From Cycas panzhihuaensis (taxonomy: Eukaryota > Plantae > Cycadophyta), in NCBI GenBank assembly GCA_023213395.1, contig CM041465.1, positions 94,929,741-94,993,740 on the forward strand: DNA of 64,000 bases, written 5' to 3'. Both the position numbers and the translations under genes were made by a program. How positions within the stretch are numbered: the stretch's first letter is position 1; each line of letters begins with the position of its first letter. Below are positions 1-12,700 of this stretch, one piece after another. The notes beneath the pieces were generated by a model. It saw only the letters and a list, made by a program, of their open reading frames with translations, ran no database searches and was not told where the DNA came from.

Positions 1-609
1 ATGGTAATGAAGAGATAGTACATGTGTTTACATAAATGAGTTGGATGGAATATGATAACTAAGTGCTCATTGGAATGTGATTTATGTGAAGGGACTTTAT
101 GGGCATGATAAGACTAATTTGAAGGCAAGAAAGATAGTGATATGAGGTGATGAGATGCTTGTTGCATGTGAGGTTAACATGACAAGATTGGGAAATTATT
201 GGGTATGTTTTGAGGATGATATTAGGGATGTTTGATTATGTGTTCTAGTTGATTGAATGGGTAAAGAAGGATGAGTTTCTTATTAAAGATACCTGAGTTG
301 CAAGGAAGCAAAATTATTAAATAATGTAATAGCATGAGTTATGTGTTTTGGATAATCAAGTGAAGTGTATGTCTTGGTAGTAACATATGATATGTATGAT
401 CATTGTGAGATTTATGAGGCATTGATTTAGTGAAGTGAGTGTTTGGATTCTACGTGACTGGTTGGTGATATGTGAAAGGCAATGATGTGAGGATAAAGTC
501 AATGATGTGAAAGATATGAAATATGAGAGAATTTGGTGAGTATGATTAATGAGCAAGTTACCAATGTTAGGTGAGTTTGTTGATTGAAAAAGGGACACAT
601 TATTTAGAT

Positions 610-1740
610 ATGGCATTTATAATCATGGAAGAGAATGATGTGGTTATGTATGTTCCTAAAACAAATGAATATTACTTGAAGGATTCATTTCTTCCAATAC
701 CTAAGTGCAATGGTGAAGACTACTTCTTTTGGACAATTAAAATAAGATGTCTATTCATAGCTAGAGGTTTGTGGAAGATTGTTACTAATGAATATGATAT
801 CCCTAATGATGAAGAAGAAAAGGAAATGTTTGAGAAGAAAGATAGAAAAGCATTCATTATGATTCGAGCTGCATTCAATGAGGTTGATCTTCCTTCCAGA
901 TTCTATTTTGTCATTCCTATGATTCTACATGCAAGTAATGCTAAAGAAACTTAGAATTTTCTAAGGGAAGTATTTGAACAAACTCCTAAAGAGATACAAT
1001 AGATGATTGAAAAGGTAATTCAGGCTAGTTATGATATAGGTACAATGAATGAAGAAAATATCATCAACACTAATGAAACGATATGTCAGAATGAAGAATG
1101 TATGAGTATAGATGAAACTTTTTTTTAATGTAAAGAAACGATAGTTGAATGCATTGATGAGATTACAAATGAAGACATTGAAAGTGATGAATTGATTTCA
1201 AGAGAAATTGAACCTGATGGTCCTATACTAGATGAGTCCTATATTGTTGATATTTCTACTTTAAGTGTTGATTCAAGTTTGAATGATGTTTCTTCTTTGA
1301 GCATTGATTTAAGTTCAAAGAGTATGCAAGTTTATCAAGACTCCACTCCTAAGGTTGAAGAAATCATTGTTGTATATGGTGTTCAAGAGTTTATATAGGA
1401 TAACAATGACAGGCAAGTTATGATTGAAGATGGTTGTTTACATGATCTACATCTTCATCAGACTAGACCAACCACGATAAAGAATAAGGATTTATACTTA
1501 CTAGAGTAGCTACATCAATGTCGTCACTATAAAATTGAAGATGAAAATCAAGCTAAAGATATCATCTTACAAAGGCATCAATAAAGAATTGAAGATAAAA
1601 ATCAAGATAAAGACATCATTCTATAGCAAAGACATCACTACAAGATTGAAGACAAGAATCAGGTTAAAGACATCATTCTCAAAACATTTCTAAGGACAAA
1701 GCATTTCAAATATAATTGATCCAAATGTACATTAAGGGGG
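610..1740 (+). pseudogene. Decayed mini-Gag ORF of A (gag N-terminus, acidic region, repeated tail)
   Basis: ORF-track pieces 571-954 and 1192-1398. Some stops are sense codons in A2 (TAG vs TGG in AKE(A/T)W), implying a longer ancestral ORF. Confidence 0.75.
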
Positions 1741-1742
1741 AG

Positions 1743-1965
1743 TGTTAGAATATTAATATACATTTGATTTATCCCACATGCAAGCGGGTCCTACTCTTCC
1801 ATCATGACTTATATTATAAATACACAATTGTATGTATCATATTGTAATGATGTTGTAAGGATGTTTTATTAATACAATACGAGGCACCTTAAGGGTACTG
1901 TTCGATCCTATAGAGGTGTTCTATTTTATTTGTCAATATCTTATTCCAGGTTCTATTTTCCAACA
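1743..1965 (+). repeat. 3' LTR of A (~223 bp)
   Basis: TGTTAGAA...TTCCAACA, follows PPT, homologous to LTRs at 45528-45763 and 48506-48731. Confidence 0.92.
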
Positions 1966-1988
1966 AAAATGACAATACAAATATTAAT

Positions 1989-2126
1989 ATTAAATATAAT
2001 TAAATTATCAAGGAGTGATAATTTTTTGGGTTGGAAGAAATAAGTTAAACATCTATTATTAAATATAATTAAATTATCAAGGAGTGATAATTTTTTGGGT
2101 TGGAAGAAATAAGTTAAACATCTATT
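1989..2126 (+). repeat. Perfect 69-bp tandem duplication in the gag N-terminus of B
   Basis: ATTAAATATAATTAAATTATCAAGGAG...AAACATCTATT at 1989-2057 and 2058-2126. Confidence 0.95.
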
Positions 2127-4239
2127 GATTATGAATAGTTTTTGGGCTTGCGTATCTTGATATATACCCAAACCCATTCCTTTACATGACCCAAATGATC
2201 CTAATATCATGATACCTCCAGACCCTATCATCCTTGCTGCCTTTAGAGCCAAGGATAATATAGTTATTTTCCTCCTTCACCTAATAATGGAGGATAACAT
2301 TGATCAAAACATTAAAAGAGTCAATTCCTCTCATGAATCATGGAGTACTATATGTTTCCTTTATACAGGGAATGATGATTCTAATACCATCATATTGAAA
2401 GCACACATATATGTCATTCCCTTTGTTGGTTCTATCCCATCTCATATGACTAAAGTAAAGTCCATTAGAAACCAACTAAATAGTCTTGGTACCCCTCCCT
2501 CTAATCATGACCTTCTTGATAGTGTTGTCAATGTCCTTCCTATTGATTATAATAATTTCATATCATGTCTATCTAATGACTTTGCCATAATAGATTTCAA
2601 TACCTTAAAAGGACTACTAGTTAAAGAAGAGGGTATCCTAATTTGTCATGGAGTTGTATCCTCTTCTAACTCTACTCTTATATTTTTAGCAAGAAATCAT
2701 AGGAGAAACCAACCTTAATAGTAGCCTATAGCCCAATAGTTTAGTTCCATGAACTTGAACCAACCATCACAATAGCTACAATAATCAAGAAACTAGTGGT
2801 AGAGATAGAATGTTACCTACTTATATTAAGGCAAACTTGGGCATGTCATAATAGATTATAAGAAAAGATAATATGACCTGTAACTTATACTACATTAATT
2901 TGGAAAATAAGGAGCATCATATCAATAACAAAACAAAGGTTATGGATAAGGTAATAGATGACAACAGTAAAGAAATCAACCTAGAAATAAAAATGAAGGT
3001 AATAATAAGAATTTCTAATAAGGAGGCCATATGGCCAATTCCCAAGATGACTCATAGAACCTATTCTTTACTACTTTCTCTTCACATCATGAAGATAATT
3101 CTTGGTTGATAGATTTTAGTGTCATACATCATATGATTAGCATTAAAGAGCTTTTAAATGATACCATACCTACTAAGTTATAAATAGTCATATTTGATGA
3201 CACCTTATATATGATGTGGCTAAGATTGGAAGAGCTCCCATAGACCTAAAGAATTCAAACATTAGACATTATATAATAATTATCCTTTATGTTTTTGGTA
3301 TAAAATAAAACCTCCTCTTTGTGAGTTAGATTGACAAGCAAAATTTTGATGTCCTCTTTAGCCAAGGAATATGTACTATTTTAAACCACTTAACTGGTCA
3401 AATAGTTAGTATAGGATATGAAGATAGTGGCCTATATAAATTGATGGTGTCCCACTCTCCACTAATTAGATTTAGGATTCATATACCACTGTTCAGTCTT
3501 ATCATCTTGATAAGGGAAAGTAAATCATTATAGAAGACCTACCCACTAAAACATAAGGTGATTACTCTTATAATCAGGAGGACCATCATAAAAATGTCCT
3601 AAGGACCAACTATGGCGTCAATGCCTTAGCTACATGAATATGCAAACTCTCCATCTCATATTTAGACTCCAAATGATACATGGATTACCCAATATCAAGT
3701 AGAACAAATACTTTTGTGAAGCATACATATTCAACAAATAACATAGGGAACCCTTTCATTCTAAGAGAGTTTAGCATGCAACTAAACCATTGGGCCTAGC
3801 TCATTTAAATATCTATTAACCCATGTGATTTCATTCCCTTAATGGTAGCTTGTACTTCATCACCTTCATTGATGATTATTCTCAAAAAGTTTGGGTCTAC
3901 TTTCTACAGAATAAATTAGTGGCCTTCTATAAATTTAAAGACTTCAAAGTTGAAGTGGAGAATGAGTCCCACATAATAATTAGGATCTTAAGATCTGATA
4001 ATAGAGACGAATATACTTTAAATTAGTTCAATAAATTTTATAGAGAACATAGTATCAAATATTAATTCTTAGCTCTAAAAACTTCTTAATAAAATGGTGT
4101 TGTTGAGCATATGAATAAAACACTATTAAATAAAGCTAAAGCAATGGTTAAATATACTAATCTTACTAACTCATTTTGGGTTTAATCCATTTATACTATC
4201 ACTTACTTGATAAATAGGAGTTTAACTTTAGTTGTAAGA

Positions 4240-4877
4240 TGTTGGATATATGACAATAATGTATAAGGAGGCTAAGTTTTTAGAACTTTTTTGGCGTAAT
4301 TTTTTCTACAAACTTTCCTTGGGGGGATCCAAAGGGGGTGATAACCCCCCTTGGCTAAGGGGTTTGGGGGGTACTAGAACCCCCCTATAAGTGGGTTCAG
4401 GGATAGTAACCCTCGAAGAAAAAAGTTAGGGTTTAAGACCTACTAAATTATAAAGAGAATCAAGGTTGTTCATAAAAAAGGCCCTAGATTTGATGGTTGC
4501 AATTGATGCACCTTCTTATATGTAACCTACATTGAGTAACTAGATTTTTTGAGTTATTGTATCACATTGTATTATATCATGGGTGGTTATTAGTTATTAT
4601 TACTATGAGAACTCTATGGTAGCTACATGTAGAGATCTTTCATTCTTGATTAATAAAGATTGATACATTTCATATGTGGATGTTTCCCTAGCAATCTGGT
4701 AGGGTTTTACCATATTATATCTAGTGTACTTGGTAATGTGTATGCTTTATTATGTGTTGAATGATCTTTGGTTTATATAATTTCATTTGTTTAAAGTTTT
4801 GAATCCTTGTTCTTATTTCAAAATAAATTAGATCCTAGTGACTAGTTTTGGTAATCTAAAACTAGGTTTTCTCAACA
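4240..4877. mobile_element. Solo LTR (638 bp) inserted in the integrase of B
   Basis: TGTTG...CAACA termini; TSD TAAGA at 4235-4239 and 4878-4882; integrase reading resumes across it (NRSLTLVVR|NMIPEKAWSG). Confidence 0.92.
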
Positions 4878-6989
4878 TAAGAAACATGATACCTGAGAAG
4901 GCTTGGTCAGGTCAAAATCATATAGCCTTACACCTTTGAATATTTAGTTGTACATCCTATAAATTTATTATAGAGAAAAATAGGAAGAAACTTGATGATA
5001 AAAACCTCAAATACATAGGTTATATACCTAAATGTAAAGCTTATAAGGTGTATGAACCTACTGAGAGTTAAGCATATGCATCTCAGGATGTCATATTTAT
5101 AGGAGACAATCAAGACTTGGACCAATCACAAATATAGTTTCTAGTAGATGATGATATTACTACTCCAAATGTCCCTCCTACAAAAATTATAGACCCTTTG
5201 GCTACACCTACTTCATATAATCCAAGTTATTCATATACTCCATTAGAATCTATATTTCATTCTCCCTAGACATCTATATTTCCATTATTATCACCTAAAG
5301 AGGATTAAGTTGGAAGCATAAAAAATCTTCCCCAAGTGGTACTTACAAGTCATGAAAGATACCTTGCCACCTCCAACACCACCCAAAAGGGAATCCAAGC
5401 TTAAGCACACAATAAACTTTGCCTTAATGGTATAAGTTCTTGAAGCTCCTGAGCCTACCACCTTTAAGGAGGTAATAAAAAACTAAATGTGGTAGGCTCC
5501 TATGGATGAGATATATTCCATCCTTAAAAATAACACATGGGAGCTCATTGATTCACTGTTAGAAAGAAGCCAATTGATTGTTGTTGGCTTTATAAAACCA
5601 AGTATCATGTTGATGGCTTCATTTAATAACATAAAGTATATCTTATTACCATAGGATTTAAATAGTAAGAAGGCATTGATTATGATGAGACCTTTACCCT
5701 AGTATTTAACATGACAACATTCTATCTAGTTATGTCACTAATAACTAGATCAAATGGCCTATATACCAAATGGATGTTAAAAGTACTTTCCTCAATAGAG
5801 ATCTTATTGAAGAAGTTTTCTTAGGATAACCTCCTAACTACACTATTCCCAAAAAAGAACACTTACTTTGTAAGCTAAAGAAATCCTTATATAGACAAAA
5901 GCAGGCACCTTGTGCCTAGCATGCAAAGATTGACACTTTCTTTATCAAGTATGGATTGATTCATTCATCCTCTTATCCTAATCTATACATTAGGATCTGT
6001 AACCACATGATCACCATCATTACTCTCTATGTTGATGGCTTGGTAATCACTAAGAATAATGATGAAGACATTTCTAGTCTCTAGTAGGAACTAAAAAGTA
6101 ATTTTGAGATGACATACCTTGGACTAGTCCATTACTTCCTTAGAATTAAAGTGTGCCAAGAACTAGGATATATATTCTTATCACAATCCAGATATGTGAA
6201 TGAGTGCTTACAGTGATTAAAAATGAGTGATTTAAAACCTTCTCCAATACCCATAAAGACTAGAATAAAGCTAATAATGGATGAATAAGGAAAACCTTTT
6301 GATCCTACACTTTATAGACAACTTGTAGGGAGTTTCATTTATCTTACTCACACTCACATCAAGATTTCATATACAATTGGGATATGTTCAATGTACATAT
6401 CACCACACAAAATGTCACACTGAAAAGTTGCCACCAGGTTTCTCAAATATATTCATGGCCCCTTACAGCTTGGACTTGATTGCATACAATTTGACACTTC
6501 TATTTTAAAAGGATTTATGGATGTAGACTAGGCTAGTTGCTAGGATTCTCACCATTCAATATTAAGTTAATATGTTGATGTGAACTTATCTACTATTTCT
6601 TGAAGTTGTAAGAAATAATCAAATGCTATATTTTTCTCCACTAAAGTAGAGTACAAAGAAGTTGTTCATACTACCACTAAGGTGATCTAGCTATGCAAGA
6701 TTATTGTGAACATGGTCTTAAATATACCTAAGATACACTCATATATTATGTCATTAAGAGTGTACTAAAGATGACCAATAACCTTATATTCCATGCATGT
6801 ACTAAACATATTGAGATCCATCATTATTTCATCCATGAACATATGCAAGATGGAGAAATTAATATATTATACTAATTTATTGAAGACTAAGTTACAAACA
6901 TCTTCATTAAAGCACTTGGTAACCTAAAGTTTGAAAGGTTTTGGAATGACCTTAGTGTTAAGATCAATGAAGCTATTATTAAAGGAGTA

Positions 6990-7333
6990 TGTTAAATTAT
7001 AATAACATCTCATTCATCAACTTTATATAGTACATAACTTAATGATGTTAATCCTAGTTGAGGGTCATGAGCCCCCCATTTGTTGTATAATGGGTCAATC
7101 ATATGTGACTAACATGAGGTCTAATTATTTATAAGAAGAGTGATATCAAGCCCTCTATACATATGGTTATGTATATATTGAGCATTGACAAGAGTTGAAA
7201 CTCTATCAGAATGCTTTTGTAGGCTTCAATAAATTTGATTGCTCCATATTCTATTCTATGTACATGTTGATTTATAAGAGAATAAGATCCTATTAGATAT
7301 ATTAGATTAATTCTAATATTGTCACTTATAACA
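6990..7333 (+). repeat. Probable 3' LTR of B
   Basis: Decayed PPT (AAAGGAGTA) after RH end, TGTTA...TAACA termini; no partner LTR in window. Confidence 0.65.
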
Positions 7334-8168
7334 AACTCTTACCAAGTTAGTCATCTTATCATTTCCTTTTATTTTCTTAGTAAACACTTTAAGTTCTTCT
7401 TGTATTAAGAAAAAATTAGCTAGGATAATCATAAAAACAATAAAAGAACCTCTTAATTTCTCTAGGTTTTATTACATTCTAAAAGAAAGAAGGAAAATAC
7501 AATAAGCATCTAACTTGTATTATTACTTTCTCTCTTAAAAGGAAGAAAAGAAAAATAAAAAAAATATTTTTGTTGCATTAGGAACATTTAGGTTGCATAC
7601 ACGTTATAGTAAAAAGAAAATAAAAAGGAACATTTAGATTTGCATCACTTAGCTTGCATTAGGGAATGCATTCATGTTATATTAGTTTTACATGACTTTG
7701 TTCTATGTTTTGACTACCTTCTCATGCAAATATAAAGTTGCATATTAGACTTGTATTTAGGATTACTTTCTTGGTGATTTCCCCCTAAGTTACACCTACT
7801 CCTAATCATTAGGATTCATTTGGTTATTTAGGACATCACATCTCTGGTATATCAACCTCGTCCTTCCCTTAGGAGTAAATACATTCCATTGAGAAGGAGT
7901 TTTGATTACTTGGCCCCTAACATTATCAACATATAAACTCTCCCTCCTTTGGGAGTCATTATAACTCCAATTGTATTCTAAATGCCAAAAGGGATAGTCT
8001 CCTATTATATTTTGGGTTTGAGAGCAGTTCCTCATTCTCCTTCACATCTAAGTATAAGAGTCAATCAGAGTTAGATGTGGGTATCCCCAAGCCATCCATT
8101 CTCATAGGTGGATCATTGTTGGGTGAGTGAGTCCCCAATAGATAACCATTGATAGGGTCACTAATCTA
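7334..8168 (+). mobile_element. X: 3' part of a Tat-like gypsy LTR (family of F) in + orientation
   Basis: ~7730-8168 is reverse-complement homologous to ~40816-41260; ends ...GGGTCACTAATCTA like the F LTR end; no PBS follows. Confidence 0.65.
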
Positions 8169-9794
8169 GGGTCCAATGTCTCTTAAATCTTTAGACTCAC
8201 CAATCCTCCCTTTCCTGAGCATAGAATGAAGTAGTATTTTCCTTAAAGGGTGGTTTAGAGGTCTAGGTTAAGATCCCCTCTCTAAAACTAAAACTTAGAA
8301 AGGGATATTATATAACAACTAACTAGAACATTATAACACTGACCAAAACCAACTCAAACAATTGCATACCTAGAGAAATTATCCCTTTTGCCTAAAAAGG
8401 GTCAAAAGTACTTATTGAAACCAATCACCTAAAACTTTCACTTTGAGTTAACCTAGTTGATTAGGACCACCAAGGAACAAGCTCATAAGAAAGAGAAATT
8501 ATAAGTTCTTTCATCATGCTTATATTTATCCTAGTTAATATGAATACAATGTTGGAGGTTCAAGAAAATAAAGTAGAGAGGCAATGCATTCAAGAATGAT
8601 ATTCTTCCTCTTTTTCTTTTATATGTAATATAGGCTAGAGATAAGAAGGAAGCATTATTAGAAATAATATTCATTTTCTCTAAGGGGTGTGCATAGTGGC
8701 ATTAGAACTCCATGGGGCTGAATCTAGCTATCATTAACTGACCTAGGTAATAGGTATATATTTTTATATTTATTTATTATTATTTTTTTATTTAAAAAAA
8801 GGTGTCGGTCATTGGTAGGCTTCCCCAACATCCTGACTATAAATATAGAGTTCAAATACTCAATGATAAATTTTAACACCACCCTCTATTGGAATGTTGT
8901 TGATTTTTCATCATTATGGCATTATAACTTGTTCTGCTTTGTCCCTGCATACTCTTCATTTGGTTTTAGAGCAATTGGTCTCAGTTGTGATTGAATTTAG
9001 AGCATATTATGATATATAGCAAGCTAATATAGCAAATATTTATTCATTTTCTAAAGCTTTCTCAATAGTTTTCTATAGTTTTTATTAAATATTTCAATGA
9101 TTTACTATGTATGCTCCATCTAATTAATATTTCTCCATATTTATGTAGTATTTATAGGTAATCTCAACCTAACACTCATTTAGAGTAGTTTCATTGAAGT
9201 TTTAATTAATTTTTTATAAGTTTTTAATTGTTTTTTAAGCATTTTTTTGAGGTTTTTTCATAAACATGATCTTTTGTAGGCTAGTGCACCTTCATCATCA
9301 AGTAGAACTATATTGAGTGACTACTTGTTTGAATCCTTATCAAGTCTACTTCATTACAGAACATACAATTTATAAAACTGTCACCCCAGTCCAAAGATAT
9401 AGCTCCCAAAAGTTGGCTCACTGCTACTGTCTATTAAAATCCCATTAGCCAGTTGGATTTTTTTTTTTTTTTCACTTATTTCTTTCAGTATCACACCCTC
9501 AACAGGGCTTCACCTCTCTCTATGGGCTCTCTAGGCTATATATCTAGTGTAGGTAACTCTCTTCTAGATTGTATAATATCCCTAGAGTTGTTTAGCCCGT
9601 ATACAGTCCCCACATAGATCTTTGGCCTATTATTATCTATTCTTTATAATTCCTAAGCTCTACATTAGTTCTCAACATTTTTTTTTTGCCCTAGATATAC
9701 ATGTATAACCCATAGTCTCACCAAGTTTTGCCCTAGATCTATGTGATACAGGTGACATCTAGTTCCTTTTTAACTTTTTTTCTCCTTCTATTTA

Positions 9795-12700
9795 TGTTGG
9801 GAACAACCTTCGTAGGAATGAAAGAATCTTGATCATTAATGCTCAATGTGTACATATATATACAATGAGAAGTTTTAACTGCCTAATAACTATCAAACCT
9901 AATTATGACACATGTCCAACACTTAATTACCTTTCATTAAGATGGACTTATGTCCTAATATATTTATGTCTTAACACCCTTATGTCTTAAGATAAAACAT
10001 TATACTCTAACACCCTCTCTTAATGTTTTATACTTTTAGTCCTATTTTGTCTCTTAATATCTGAAACTTTTCTTTTCCTAATGGTTTGGTTAAAATATCT
10101 GCAATCTGATCATGAGTTGAATAATAGACAAGGTTTATTTCTTTGTTTTGTACTTTCTCCCTTATAAAGTGATGCTGGACTTCAATGTGTTTTGTTTTGG
10201 CATGAAAAACTAGATTCTTGGTAAGTTTGATTGCACTTTGATTGTCACAGAAAATAGAAGTTGCTATCTCTTATCGAACATTTATGTCTTCCAATAATTG
10301 TCAAAGCTAGACAGCTTCGATAGTTGCACTTACTGCTGATTTATATTCTACTTCTGTTGATGATAAAGCAACTGTGGCTTGCTTCTTAGAGCTCTAAGAT
10401 ATTGGTGAGCACTAAGAAGCGATGGCTGCTAGTGGATTTTCTTTGATCTTTGTCACCTGCCTAGTCTGAGTCATAAAAGCCTGTTAATTAAGGTGGAGAA
10501 CTCCTTGGAAAGTTCAGTTTCAATTCTATTGTTCCTTTGAGATACCTTAGAATTCTCTTGGTAGCATTCCAATGTCTTATCTTTGGTTCATGCATGTATT
10601 TAGATATTAAACTCACAGCGTATGATATATCTGGTCTAGTTGCTATGAGGTAGATAAGACTCCCAACAAGTTGTCTGTACAGTGTTGCATCATAGGAGTG
10701 ATCTTCTTGACTTGAAGTTAAATTACAGTTTACTTCCATTGGAGTGGCATAGGGGTTATAGTCTTCCATTCTAAATTTGGTTAGAAGATCTTTGATGTAT
10801 TTACTTTGGCACATAGTGATCAAGTTGTCCTATTGTTGAACCTAAATTCCTAAGTAAAAGCTCAAGATCCCAAGATTTATCATTTCAAACTTGTTTCCTA
10901 GTTGTTTCTTCATATCTGCTATGGAGATTTCATCATCTCCAGCTATGAGCATGTCATCAACATAGACTGCTATAATGGTTATTGCTTCATTCTTGTTTTT
11001 CTTGTACAGACTTGAATCTGAACTACATTTTTGAAAACCATTTTTGCAAAGATAATTATCTAATTTTATGTACCATGCATGGGGGGCCTATTTCAATCCA
11101 TATAGAGCCCATTTTAGTCTACAGACTAAATGTTCTTGACCTGCCATAACGTACCCTTCTGGTTGAGACATGTAGACTTCTTCTTTAATATCTCCATTTA
11201 AGAAGGCACTTTTGACATCTAATTGGTAGATTTTCCAATTTTTGCAAGCTGCTATAGCTATGATTATTCTCATAGTATTTATTTTGGCCACTAGAGAAAA
11301 TGTTTCTTCATAATCTATGCCTGCTGTCTGTGTATATCCTTTTGCAACTAACCTGGCTTTATGTTTCTCTATTTTCCCATCTGGACCTCTTTTGATCTTA
11401 TAGATCCATTTGTAGCCTACAATTGATTTATTAGAGGGAAGCTCAACTAGATCCGAGGTCTGATTTTCGATTATTGAATCCATTTCAGAATCCATAGCAT
11501 TTCTCCATTCAGCATGCTCTTTTGCTTCTGTGAAGTGTTGAGGTTCAACACTGCTGATTAGAGCTTTTGGTGTCTAACTCCTTGTTCCATGAGAGAGAAT
11601 TTCTCCTTTATTTCCTTCTAAGATCTTGAGATACCATTTTGGTAATTTCTTTTGATTCTCTCCTTCAACCTCTGAAATAGTTTCTGACGTTGACTCTGTG
11701 CTTGAGTCATGTATGACATTCTTTGAAGTTTCTTTAGTGATGACACTAGATTCTTCTTCTTCTAGATGACTGCAAGGAGGGATTTGAGGTATTATTTCGA
11801 GTATCTTAGTCTGATCTTCTTCTCTGTCTTCTTCATTGAAGATGACATCTTGACTTACGTAGACTTTGTTGGTTATAGGATCAATGAACTTATATGCTTT
11901 TAAATTTTTGTTGTATCCCACCATGATGCATTCAATGTTTTTTGAGTCCAACTTTGCTCTTTTTTTGTCTGGAATATAAACAAATGCTTGGCTGCCAAAA
12001 ACTTTTAAATGACTTATGTCTGGTTTCCTTCCGGTCTAGGCTTCTTCTAGTGTGGATTCAATTAAAGCTTTGGTTGGAATCCTGTTTAACAAGTAACAGG
12101 CTATGCTGACAACTTCAGCCTAATAAGATTTGGAGATGTTCTTAGTGTGTATCATGCTTCATACCATTTCCATAATGACTCGATTTTTTCGCTCTGCAAC
12201 TCCATTAGATTGAGGTGTGTATGGAGTTGTAAATTATCTTTGTATTCCTCTATCCTTAAAAAATTCCAAAAATTCTTTGGAAATGTATTCACCTCCTCCA
12301 TCTGATCTTAAACACTTAATTTTGGCATTACTTTCCAACTCGGCTTCTGCTTTGAATTCTTTGAATACATCTAGGGCTTCAAATTTTGTATGCAGAAAAT
12401 AGATCCAAATTTTTCTAGTGAGATCATCTATGAAAGTGATAAAATATCTTTTCTTATTAATTGAATGTGGAGTGATGGGTCCACAAAGATTAGTGTGAAC
12501 TAATTCTAATTTTTCTTTAGCTCTCCATGTACTTTCTTGAAAGGGAAGTCTATGCTGCTTACCAAACTGACAATCTTTGCAAACAAAATTATTTGATGTG
12601 ATGGGAGGTAGTCCAACTACTAGATTTTTCTTTTCCATATTTTTTAGCTTCTCCATGGGAAGATGTCCATACTTGAAATGCCACATTTTATCATTATTGT

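Larger units (their letters stand above)
1..1965 (+). mobile_element. Element A: non-autonomous Ty1/copia-derived LTR element (5' part outside window), same family as A2
   Basis: Colinear with ~46727-48731. DUF4219-type gag N-terminus (PKCNGEDYFFWTIKIRCLFIARGLWKIV). PPT AAGGGGGAG directly before a TG..CA LTR at 1743-1965. No PR/IN/RT. Confidence 0.9.
1966..7333 (+). mobile_element. Element B: heavily decayed Ty1/copia (gag-PR-IN-RT-RH); 5' LTR not in window
   Basis: gag KLSRSDNFLGWKK and UBN2-like ORF 2209-2718; protease-like WLIDFSVIHHM (~3103); IN YFITFIDDYSQKVWVYFL (~3850); RT YQMDVKSTFLN (~5765) and LYVDG (~6025); RH TKHIEIHHYFIHE (~6800); many stops. Confidence 0.9.

Noticed and set aside
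9455-9475. Poly(T) as the tail of a retrocopy or SINE
   Set aside because: No TSD or recognisable body; T-runs are common in this leader
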